Assembly: GCA_041288095.1 (NCBI GenBank)
Contig: JBGGMJ010000149.1
Location: 1-49,426 of the forward strand
DNA length: 49,426 bases
From: Myxococcota bacterium
GTDB taxonomy: Bacteria; Myxococcota; XYA12-FULL-58-9; JALHOP01
Direction: 5' to 3'
Positions within the stretch are counted from its first letter, which is position 1; each line of letters opens with the position of its first letter. Under the pieces are notes generated by a model. The model did no database searches. It worked only from the letters and a program-made list of their open reading frames with translations, and was not told the DNA's origin. Made by a program: the position numbers and the translations under genes. This document shows positions 19,546 through 26,950 of this stretch, one piece after another.

Positions 19546-20169
19546 TCATCGGCGCGGCGGCGCGGCGCGCATGTAGGGCCGCGGAGCCGGGCGGTAGTAA
19601 TAGGACGCACCGAAGCCGAAGCCCGGACCCCAGCCCCAGTAAGGTGAGCCGCCCCAGATATACGGGCTGTAGTAGACGCCGCGCTCGGTGGTGACGCGCT
19701 GGAAAGCGGTCGAGCGGCTGAAGGGACCGTCCGCGGTGGCGACCCGCCAGTAGAAGTCCAGAGCCGTGACTTTGTCTAAGTCCGTTTTAGCAGGCAGGGT
19801 GTAGCGCAGCGTGACGCGGCCCATGGCGCCGGGCGCGATGGTCGTGTCGCCGGTGGTCTCGGTCTCCTCATCGACCACCTCTTCGTCGTGTTCCTTCACG
19901 ACCTCGAGACCGCAGCCGCCGACGTCGATGGTGATTGGCGTGTCGACGTTGTTGCGCAGACGCATGCCGACTTCGACGACGAGCTTGTCGTTCTCTTCGC
20001 GGGCTCCGCTGGACCAGACCTTGACGTCGCCGACCGTGCGCTGCGCCGGATTGATCTCGTAGTAGGCGCCGGCGCCGGGAGCATTCAGCGGCGAATCGGC
20101 GGCTCGCAAGGCGGCGCTCTCCGTGGCGCAGGCGGAGGCCGCGAGCAGCAGGATGGCGAGGCAGCGCAT
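19546..20169 (-). CDS. Hypothetical lipoprotein with aromatic/Gly/Pro-rich tail
   Basis: MRCLAILLLAASAC; GDVKVWSSG, PGAMGRVTLRYTLP; tail YYSPYIWGGSPYWGWGPGFGFG. Confidence 0.8.
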   Translation of the reverse strand: MRCLAILLLAASACATESAALRAADSPLNAPGAGAYYEINPAQRTVGDVKVWSSGAREENDKLVVEVGMRLRNNVDTPITIDVGGCGLEVVKEHDEEVVDEETETTGDTTIAPGAMGRVTLRYTLPAKTDLDKVTALDFYWRVATADGPFSRSTAFQRVTTERGVYYSPYIWGGSPYWGWGPGFGFGASYYYRPAPRPYMRAAPPRR

Positions 20170-20254
20170 GACCCGAAGATCACGCGAGCCGGTGCGATGC
20201 GCAATAGCTACCGGCGGATCTGGCGGATGCGCATCCCCCTGGGCTCCTAAGCCC

Positions 20255-20283
20255 TTCACATTTGCGCTCAAGGTCCTTATAAA
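20255..20283 (+). promoter_or_regulatory. Putative sigma70 promoter of yceD-rpmF
   Basis: TTCACA-N17-TATAAA. Confidence 0.55.
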
Positions 20284-20314
20284 CGCGCGCTTCGGCGGTT
20301 TCGGGAGCCATGTC

Positions 20315-20863
20315 ATGAGCGCAAGCGCGATGAAGATCCCACTCGACCAAATTGGTCCCGAGGGCTTCGATCTGGACACCGGACTCGCGCGCGCCTGGCT
20401 CGAAGATACCCTGCGCGAAGCGAGAACCCCCTTCGAGCCGCACGGCGACGGCAAGCTAGTGGTCCGCCTCGACCGCATGGGCGATGTCGTGCATGTGCGC
20501 GGCAAGCTCGGGCTGTCGCTCGCGGCGCCTTGCGGCCGGTGCCTCGAGCGCCTGGTTTACGACCTCAATTTGCCCATTGAAGTCGCGCTGTTCCCGCACG
20601 GTCACGAGCCCGAGGCGGGCGAGGAAGGCGAGCTCGACGAAGACGACCTGGGCGTTGCCACCTACGACGACAAACAGATCGACCTCACGAACATCGTGCG
20701 CGACGAGATCTTCCTCGAGATGCCGGTGAACCCGGTGTGTGGCCCGGAGCCCAAGGATTGCGCCAACCAAGCGACCATAGCGGCTATCAAAGCCCCGGAC
20801 GTCGATATCAAGCCGAAGGAAGACCCCCGCTGGGCCGCATTGAAGAACATCAAGCTCAGTTGA
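20315..20863 (+). CDS. yceD: YceD/DUF177 family protein (23S rRNA accumulation)
   Basis: CGRCL, IDLTNIVRDEIFLEMP..VC..C, DPRWAALK; upstream of rpmF (alternative start 20330). Confidence 0.92.
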   Translation: MSASAMKIPLDQIGPEGFDLDTGLARAWLEDTLREARTPFEPHGDGKLVVRLDRMGDVVHVRGKLGLSLAAPCGRCLERLVYDLNLPIEVALFPHGHEPEAGEEGELDEDDLGVATYDDKQIDLTNIVRDEIFLEMPVNPVCGPEPKDCANQATIAAIKAPDVDIKPKEDPRWAALKNIKLS

Positions 20864-20876
20864 GGGTCGAAAAGGG

Positions 20877-20906
20877 TTGTCAAAACGCGCGCGTGTCTGC
20901 TACGAC
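20877..20906 (+). promoter_or_regulatory. Putative housekeeping promoter of rpmF
   Basis: TTGTCA-N15-TGCTACGAC; same architecture upstream of tRNA-Val and the OMP gene. Confidence 0.45.
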
Positions 20907-20948
20907 GCGCGCCTTGCTTTTCTAAGCTCTACGGTCGGAGACAGTGTC

Positions 20949-21128
20949 ATGGCAGTTCCAAAGAAACGTCAGTCCCACTCGCGCACGCGTCTTCGCCGCT
21001 CGCACGACTTCTTGACCCCCACTTGGTGGCTCACCTGCCCGCAGTGCAACGAACCGCACCGCCCGCACATGGTGTGCTCGAACTGCGGCTACTACCGCAG
21101 CAAAGAAGTCGTTCCGCAGCAGCAGTAG
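20949..21128 (+). CDS. rpmF: 50S ribosomal protein L32 (Zn-binding CxxC form)
   Basis: MAVPKKRQSHSRTRLRRSH..CPQC..PHMVCSNCGYY. Confidence 0.98.
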   Translation: MAVPKKRQSHSRTRLRRSHDFLTPTWWLTCPQCNEPHRPHMVCSNCGYYRSKEVVPQQQ

Positions 21129-21193
21129 GGCGGCGCGGGTGAGTAACCCGCACGACTGATCAAGATTTTCGCGTCGCGTTTTGCGACAGAGCC

Positions 21194-21223
21194 ACGCGCC
21201 CTTCCACGGGCGCGTTGTTTTTT
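21194..21223 (+). terminator. Rho-independent terminator after rpmF
   Basis: ACGCGCCC-ttccac-GGGCGCGT stem followed by TGTTTTTT. Confidence 0.8.
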
Positions 21224-21256
21224 GTGCTCTCGGGCGTTGCGTCGCCGCGCCCGCGT

Positions 21257-21272
21257 TGGCCCGCATCCTGCT
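21257..21272 (+). promoter_or_regulatory. Putative sigma54 promoter of dprA
   Basis: TGGCCCG-CATC-CTGCT, 12 nt before ATG 21285. Confidence 0.55.
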
Positions 21273-21284
21273 CGGTTGGGCGGC

Positions 21285-22085
21285 ATGCCGCCGTACGTCG
21301 ACGACGCCGAGCTTCGCCTGCTCATCGAGCTGTGGCTGACGCACAAGGCGCGGCCGTCAGCGCTGGCCCAGGCGATCTTGTGTCGCGGCTCGATGCTCGC
21401 TTTGGCGGACAGCGACGCGTGGCGGCCTCGTCCGGGCGTGGCCTACGAGGCGCGGCGCGTGCTCGTTGCCTTGCGCCGGTCGGCGTTGCACGTCGTGTCG
21501 GTCCTCGAGCTCCCCGAGCACTTGCGACGGGTCCCGGGGGTACCGCCCGCGCTTTTCGTCCGGGGCGACCTCGAGCTCTTGCGCAAGCCGGCAATCGCCG
21601 TGGTGGGCGCGAGGCGTGCCCATCGCAGCGCCGAGGGCTGGGCGCGGAGTGTCGCGGCGCGCGCCGCCGGGGAAGGGTGGCTCGTCGTCTCCGGGGGCGC
21701 TCGGGGCATCGACACGGCGGCGCATCTCGGTGCTCTCGACGCCAACGGGCCGACGCTCGCGTATCTCGGCGTCGCGGCCGACTGTATCTATCCGCGGCAC
21801 AACGCGCGTCTCTTCCTGCGCATCGTCGAGAGTGGCGGCGCGCTCGTGAGCGAGCACTTGCCGCTGGCTCGAACCTTCAAGGGTGCGCACGCGATGCGCA
21901 ATCGCTTCATCGCCGCGCATGCGAGCCACTTGTACATCGCCGAGGCCGACGTAGGGTCGGGCTCGCTAGGGACAGCGGCGATGGCGACGCGGCTCGGCGT
22001 GCCGATTCGCGTCTCCCCGCCCGGAGTGGGCATCCGCCGTGGGGGACTCGAGCTGTTGGTCGCGCAAGGAGCGGAGGTCGTATGA
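21285..22085 (+). CDS. dprA: DNA-processing protein DprA (compact form)
   Basis: PPALFVRGD, IAVVGARR, VVSGGARGIDTAAH, IYP, LVSEH, RNRFIA, EA..SGSL. Confidence 0.9.
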   Translation: MPPYVDDAELRLLIELWLTHKARPSALAQAILCRGSMLALADSDAWRPRPGVAYEARRVLVALRRSALHVVSVLELPEHLRRVPGVPPALFVRGDLELLRKPAIAVVGARRAHRSAEGWARSVAARAAGEGWLVVSGGARGIDTAAHLGALDANGPTLAYLGVAADCIYPRHNARLFLRIVESGGALVSEHLPLARTFKGAHAMRNRFIAAHASHLYIAEADVGSGSLGTAAMATRLGVPIRVSPPGVGIRRGGLELLVAQGAEVV

Positions 22086-22088
22086 AAC

Positions 22089-23561
22089 CTACTTGAGGCC
22101 ATACTCCTTGAGCTTGCGGTAGAGCGTGGTGCGGCCGATGCCGAGCTGCTGCGCGACGAGCGAGCGGTTGCCGCGCGCGCGTTGCAGGGCCATCTCGATG
22201 GCTTGGCGCTCCAGGTCGGCGAGCGATTGCACGTTGCGCTCGGCGTCGCGATTGGCGGCGGCGAGGGTTTCCTCAGCCTTGGCGATCGCCAGGGGGCGGA
22301 AGAGTTGTCCGTCGCCGCGGACCGATGGGGGCAAGTCGTGTGGCTCGATGGTGAGGCCATTGCAGCTGACGACGGCACGCTGAATCGCGTTCTCGAGCTC
22401 GCGCACATTGCCGCGGAAGGGGTGGCGGCTGAGCATGTCGACGGCGGCGGGCGAGAGGTCGGGAGTCGCGCCGCGCAGACGCGGGCCGAACTTGCGGACG
22501 AAGTGGTCCGCGAGCATGGCGACGTCGCCCTCGCGGTCGCGAAGCGCCGGGACCTCGAGCTCGAAAACCACGATGCGGAAGTAGAGGTCCTCGCGGAAGC
22601 GGCCTGCGCGCACTTCATCGGAGAGGCGGCGGTGGCTCGCGGCGAGGAGGCGGAAGTCGACGGGGATCTCCTGGGTAGAGCCGACGCGGGAGACGCGACG
22701 CTCCTGGAGGACGCGCAGCAGCTTCGATTGCAACGCGGGCGATAGCTCCGCGACCTCGTCGAGGAAGAGGGTGCCGCCTTCGGCTTGCTCGAACTTGCCG
22801 GCGTGACGGTTGGCGGCGCCGGTGAAGGCTCCGCGCTCATGGCCGAAGAGCTCGGACTCTTGCAGCGACTCGGGAATGGCGGCGCAGTTGAGCGCGACGA
22901 ACGGACGTTCGTGACGGCCGCTGTTGTCATGGATGGCTTGGGCGACCAGCTCCTTGCCGGTGCCACTCTCGCCGTGGATGACCACCGAGATGTCGCTGGC
23001 GGCGAGCCGCTCGATCTGCCCGCCGAGCTCGCGCATCGCCGCCGAGTTGCCGATGAGGCCGGCGAACGATGGGCCTTGAACCTCGCGCTCGAGCTGGGCG
23101 ACGCGCAGGGCCATGCGATGCGATTCGACGGCGTTGCGCACGGTGGTGAGGAGCTTGCTCTCGCCGAGAGGCTTCACCAGGAAGTCGTAGGCCCCGCCCT
23201 GCATGGTGCTGACGATGGTCTCGACCTCGCGCTCGACCGTCAGGACGACGACCGGGAGGAAGCGATTGTGGGCTTTGATCTGCCCGAGAGCCTGCACGCC
23301 GCCGATGCCGGGCATGTTGAGGTCGAGGAGGACGACCGACGGTAGCCGCCGACCCAAGGCCGCGACGCATGCCTCACCGCTGGCGAACTGCTCGACCGTG
23401 AACCCCGCGCGGCTGAGCCAGAGCGCGAGCAGGCCGCGCAAGTCGTCGTCGTCATCGACGACGAAGACCGGACCGTCCTCTTCCGCGCGATTCACCGCGC
23501 GTAGTCCCGTGCCGTCATTGCGTTGGCCAAGCCCGCTGTGGAGGAGGTGCGACGTCATCAC
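22089..23561 (-). CDS. Sigma54-dependent response regulator (NtrC family: REC-AAA+-Fis HTH)
   Basis: VVDDD..LLDLNMP, GESGTGKE, ESELFGHERGAFTGA, LFLDEV, GNVRELEN, LGIGRTTLYRKL. Confidence 0.96.
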   Translation of the reverse strand: MMTSHLLHSGLGQRNDGTGLRAVNRAEEDGPVFVVDDDDDLRGLLALWLSRAGFTVEQFASGEACVAALGRRLPSVVLLDLNMPGIGGVQALGQIKAHNRFLPVVVLTVEREVETIVSTMQGGAYDFLVKPLGESKLLTTVRNAVESHRMALRVAQLEREVQGPSFAGLIGNSAAMRELGGQIERLAASDISVVIHGESGTGKELVAQAIHDNSGRHERPFVALNCAAIPESLQESELFGHERGAFTGAANRHAGKFEQAEGGTLFLDEVAELSPALQSKLLRVLQERRVSRVGSTQEIPVDFRLLAASHRRLSDEVRAGRFREDLYFRIVVFELEVPALRDREGDVAMLADHFVRKFGPRLRGATPDLSPAAVDMLSRHPFRGNVRELENAIQRAVVSCNGLTIEPHDLPPSVRGDGQLFRPLAIAKAEETLAAANRDAERNVQSLADLERQAIEMALQRARGNRSLVAQQLGIGRTTLYRKLKEYGLK

Positions 23562-23709
23562 TCCGGTATAGCGGCACGATGTCCCAAAACATGGAACCGT
23601 TTGAATATGTTTCCACGTTATTCACGGCGTTGCCGTGTTTGGCGCGATTCCGGATGTAGGCGCAACTGGGTTTTGCGCACCCCGCTATGGCGGAGCACCC
23701 GGGGGACAC

Positions 23710-23738
23710 TTGGCAGAGCCGATGCCCCGTGCTACCTG
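23710..23738 (+). promoter_or_regulatory. Putative promoter of tRNA-Val
   Basis: TTGGCA-N14-TGCTACCTG, 16 nt before the tRNA. Confidence 0.45.
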
Positions 23739-23754
23739 CCGGTCGCGCTTTTTG

Positions 23755-23826
23755 GGGCGAATAGCTCAGCGGTAGAGCGCCTGCTTTACACGCAGGATGT
23801 CGGGGGTTCGAGACCCTCTTCGCCCA
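23755..23826 (+). tRNA. tRNA-Val(TAC), CCA not encoded
   Basis: Acceptor GGGCGAA/TTCGCCC plus discriminator A, anticodon arm CCTGC-TTTACAC-GCAGG, T-loop TTCGAGA. Confidence 0.96.
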
Positions 23827-24018
23827 TACCTTGCCCCTTGTTCCGTCGCTGCGCGACGGCGGGGCTGTCGGGATCGCGCGGAAAACGACGGCGAACCCGA
23901 CCTCATTGTGACCTTGCGCTTCGAACGTATCGTGTTGCGGTGCGCGCGGCTTCGGCGGCGGGTCGGCGCCTCAGCTGCGGCACTGCGCATCGATGGCCTC
24001 TTGCGTGCGCAATAACAT

Positions 24019-24033
24019 AACGAAAAAACCGTC
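24019..24033. promoter_or_regulatory. Putative LysR(NhaR)-type dyad upstream of ice-binding gene
   Basis: AACG-AAAAAAC-CGTC in AT-rich tract; same CG-N7-CG geometry as the dyad upstream of the LysR gene. Confidence 0.4.
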
Positions 24034-24123
24034 ATATTCTAATGAAAGTTCCTTATTTTCAAACTGTCCTCGATAGCGCACAGTGGCTCGAATAGAAAAT
24101 AGTCACGCTATCCAGGAGTCCTG

Positions 24124-25548
24124 ATGATTTCGAAATCGTATCGGTCCGCTTCAACAGCCGCCATGGCAGTCGCTTTCGTGTTGCTCTCGCTGACCGCCGC
24201 TTGCGGTGGCGACGATGATGGTTCACCGGACCGCGCGCCGACAGTGAGCTCCAACAGCCCTCTCAATGACGCAGTCGGCGTTCCTCTCAACGCGGAAATG
24301 AGCGTCGCCTTCAGCGAGGCCATGGACCCGTCGACCCTCACGACTTCCACGTTTGCGTTGAAGCAGGGATCGACCACGGTCGCCGGCGCCGTGAGCTATA
24401 GCGGCAACACCGCGACGTTCAATCCGACGAGTAATTTGTCGCCCAGCTTGATTTATACGGCGACGGTCACCGAAGGGGCGAAGGGCCTCGACAACAATGC
24501 TCTCGCCAACGACTACGTATGGGCCTTCACCACCGGGTCGAGCGCGGACACCAGCGCACCGACGGTCTCCTCCGCGGATCCACTCAACCTTGCGACGTCG
24601 GCGTCGACTAACCGGAGCATCACCGCGCGCTTCTCCGAGGCGATGAATCCCACGACATTGAACGCGTCCAGCTTCACCGTCAAAGGCCCGGGCAACAGCG
24701 CCGTGTCAGGTGTGGTCAGCTACTTCGGCATGCATGCGACCTTCAACCCGGACGCGAACCTCGCGCCCAATACGTTGTTCAATGCGACCATCAGCACCGC
24801 TGCCAAGGACCTCGCGGGCAACGCTTTGGCGAGCAGCTACGCATGGAGCTTCACTACCGGCGGCACCGCCTCCATGGGCCCAGACCCGGTCCTGCTCGGC
24901 TTGGCCGGAGACTACGTCATTCTGGCGAAATCAGGGATCGACACTGTTCCAGGCTCGGTGATCACGGGCGACCTTGGAGTTAGCCCCATCGACTCTACGG
25001 CGGTCACTGGATTTTCGCTCACCGTACACGCCAGCAACGAGTACGCGACCTCGGCACAGGTCACCGGTAAGGTTCGCGCACCCGACTACGCGTCGCCGAC
25101 TCCCGCGCTTCTGACGACCGCGATCAGCAACATGGAAACGGCTTACACGGACGCAGCCGGACGGCCCACACCCGATGCGACCAACCTCGGCGCTGGCGAG
25201 ATCGGCGGGCTGACGCTTGCCCCCGGTCTCTACAAGTGGGGCACCGGCGTGTCGATTGCGACTGACGTGACGCTGCAAGGCGGCCCCAACGACGTCTGGA
25301 TCTTCCAGATTTCAGGCGACCTCACTCAGGCCTCGAATACCAACGTCACCCTCGTCGGTGCCTCGCCGAAGAATGTCTTCTGGCAGGCGTCTGGCCAGGT
25401 GCTGATTGGCACAGGCGCCGACTTCCGGGGCATCGCGCTCTGCGAGACGGCGATCATCCTCGGGACAGGCGCGTCCGTGAACGGCAGGCTGCTGGCTCAG
25501 ACAGCGGTCACGCTCGATCAGAACGCGGTGACGCAACCGGCGCTGTAG
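24124..25548 (+). CDS. Ice-binding family (DUF3494) lipoprotein with two Ig-like (Big_5) domains
   Basis: Lipobox LTAAC; two APTVS..P...FSEAM(D/N)P.TL...ATFNP...Y.W.FTTG domains; DUF3494 motifs YVILAKSGI, ITGDLGVSP, AYTDAAGR, LAPGLYKW, WIFQI, NVFWQ, GRLLAQTAVTL. Confidence 0.93.
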   Translation: MISKSYRSASTAAMAVAFVLLSLTAACGGDDDGSPDRAPTVSSNSPLNDAVGVPLNAEMSVAFSEAMDPSTLTTSTFALKQGSTTVAGAVSYSGNTATFNPTSNLSPSLIYTATVTEGAKGLDNNALANDYVWAFTTGSSADTSAPTVSSADPLNLATSASTNRSITARFSEAMNPTTLNASSFTVKGPGNSAVSGVVSYFGMHATFNPDANLAPNTLFNATISTAAKDLAGNALASSYAWSFTTGGTASMGPDPVLLGLAGDYVILAKSGIDTVPGSVITGDLGVSPIDSTAVTGFSLTVHASNEYATSAQVTGKVRAPDYASPTPALLTTAISNMETAYTDAAGRPTPDATNLGAGEIGGLTLAPGLYKWGTGVSIATDVTLQGGPNDVWIFQISGDLTQASNTNVTLVGASPKNVFWQASGQVLIGTGADFRGIALCETAIILGTGASVNGRLLAQTAVTLDQNAVTQPAL

Positions 25549-25563
25549 GCCTGCGAGCGCGCG

Positions 25564-26472
25564 CTAGAGCCCGGCGAAAATCTGCTGCCGGGCTGCCTCG
25601 CGGATGGCGACGACCGCCGGGTGCTTGATCTTCCGCTCCACCGAGATGGCGTAGAACTGCTGGCGTACGGCGCGCTGCCGCCCAATGACACGCACGCCGT
25701 ACTGCTTCAGAACCTCCGCCTCGATGACGGTCGGCGCGCCGAAGACCCCCATGCCGGCCGCCCCGAGGTCCTTCGCCAATGCGCTGTCGTCACACTCGGC
25801 GATGATCCTGGGTCGGAGGCCTTCGGAATCGAACCATTGCTGCAAGACGCGCCGCACCGTCGATGGTCCACCTGACAGAAGAAACGGAACGCCATCCAGA
25901 GAGCGCGGGAACGTGCGTCGAAGCTTCGCGGCGAGCTTGGGGTGGGCGAAGAACGTCGTGCCGCACTCGCCGAGCAGGTGATTGTAGACCCGCACCGACA
26001 CATGGGCCGGCGCCAGTCCATCGGCGATGACCACGTCGACCTTGTGCAGGGCGAGGTCGGCGACGAACTCCTCGACCGACTTGTCGGCGCGACAGATGAT
26101 GCGCACCGAGCTTGCCAGGCCGAAGGCCGGCTCCAGGAAGCGCCGCACCAGGGACGGTGGCAAGACCTGCGCGATACCGACGACCAACCTGAGGGGCGCG
26201 CCGCTGCCGCGCCCCTTGAGCGTGTCGACGAACTCGCGCCCGAGCGAGAAGATCTCATCGGCATAGCGAAAGGCAATCTGCCCTGAGTCGGTGAGCTCGA
26301 GCCCACGGCCTCGGCGGCGAAAGAGCTTCTCGCCGAGCACCTCCTCCAAACGGTGGATCTGGCCGCTGATGGTCGGATGTGCGAGCCGCAGCTCTTCGCT
26401 GGCGCGGGCGATGCTACCGTGTTTGGCAGTCGACCAGAAGTACAGCAGGTGATGGTAGTTGAGCCATTCCAT
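25564..26472 (-). CDS. nhaR: LysR-family transcriptional activator, NhaR-like
   Basis: MEWLNYHHLLYFW..GSIARASEEL..PTISGQI; YADEIFSLGRE; DDSALAK; FYAISVERKIKHPAV. Confidence 0.9.
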   Translation of the reverse strand: MEWLNYHHLLYFWSTAKHGSIARASEELRLAHPTISGQIHRLEEVLGEKLFRRRGRGLELTDSGQIAFRYADEIFSLGREFVDTLKGRGSGAPLRLVVGIAQVLPPSLVRRFLEPAFGLASSVRIICRADKSVEEFVADLALHKVDVVIADGLAPAHVSVRVYNHLLGECGTTFFAHPKLAAKLRRTFPRSLDGVPFLLSGGPSTVRRVLQQWFDSEGLRPRIIAECDDSALAKDLGAAGMGVFGAPTVIEAEVLKQYGVRVIGRQRAVRQQFYAISVERKIKHPAVVAIREAARQQIFAGL

Positions 26473-26487
26473 GGCGCAGGCTCATAG

Positions 26488-26502
26488 GTCGCATTCTACG
26501 AC
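26488..26502. promoter_or_regulatory. LysR T-N11-A dyad upstream of nhaR-like gene
   Basis: Perfect dyad GTCG-CATTCTA-CGAC 15 nt upstream of the ATG. Confidence 0.6.
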
Positions 26503-26587
26503 ATGTCACTGTCGCACCTGATCCGCCGCGATGTGGCTACGTGGGGTTGCGCCGGCACCACCGCGCGCCGAGAAAACCCGACAGAGC

Positions 26588-26641
26588 CGTGGGTAGCTTT
26601 CCTTGCGTGGGAACCGCCCGACTTGAGTGGAGTTACCCACG
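26588..26641. repeat. Imperfect inverted repeat (possible enhancer or RNA stem)
   Basis: CGTGGGTAGCT ... AGTTACCCACG, 10 of 11 Watson-Crick pairs plus one G-T. Confidence 0.5.
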
Positions 26642-26848
26642 TGTCAAGCGATCTCTGGGTGTCACGAATCGACTGCGGAGAATCTCAGAAGGTCCAAGGG
26701 TCCGACTGGATGTTCTTCCTCGACTGGATCGAGTTGAGGTCGCCGTTCCTACAAGTGGCCTGGTGTCGAGGTGACTCAGAGGCCACCACACCGCACCGCC
26801 GATACGCGTGGACGCGCTCCGCTTTGGCGTTCGTCTTGGGTTCCTCGA

Positions 26849-26864
26849 TGGCACGTGGGCTGCA
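26849..26864 (+). promoter_or_regulatory. Sigma54 -24/-12 promoter
   Basis: TGGCACG-TGGG-CTGCA, one mismatch to TGGCACG-N4-TTGCA. Confidence 0.7.
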
Positions 26865-26950
26865 CCTGGCGTTGAAACACCTGCGTCGCCAAAGCGGCTG
26901 CGCACGCGCTGGAGAGCTCTCTGAGAACCTACACGTCGCGCCCGTTCGCC

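Noticed and set aside
23994..24009. TGG-N10-GC upstream of the ice-binding gene as a sigma54 site
   Set aside because: Only the core dinucleotides match; common at high GC
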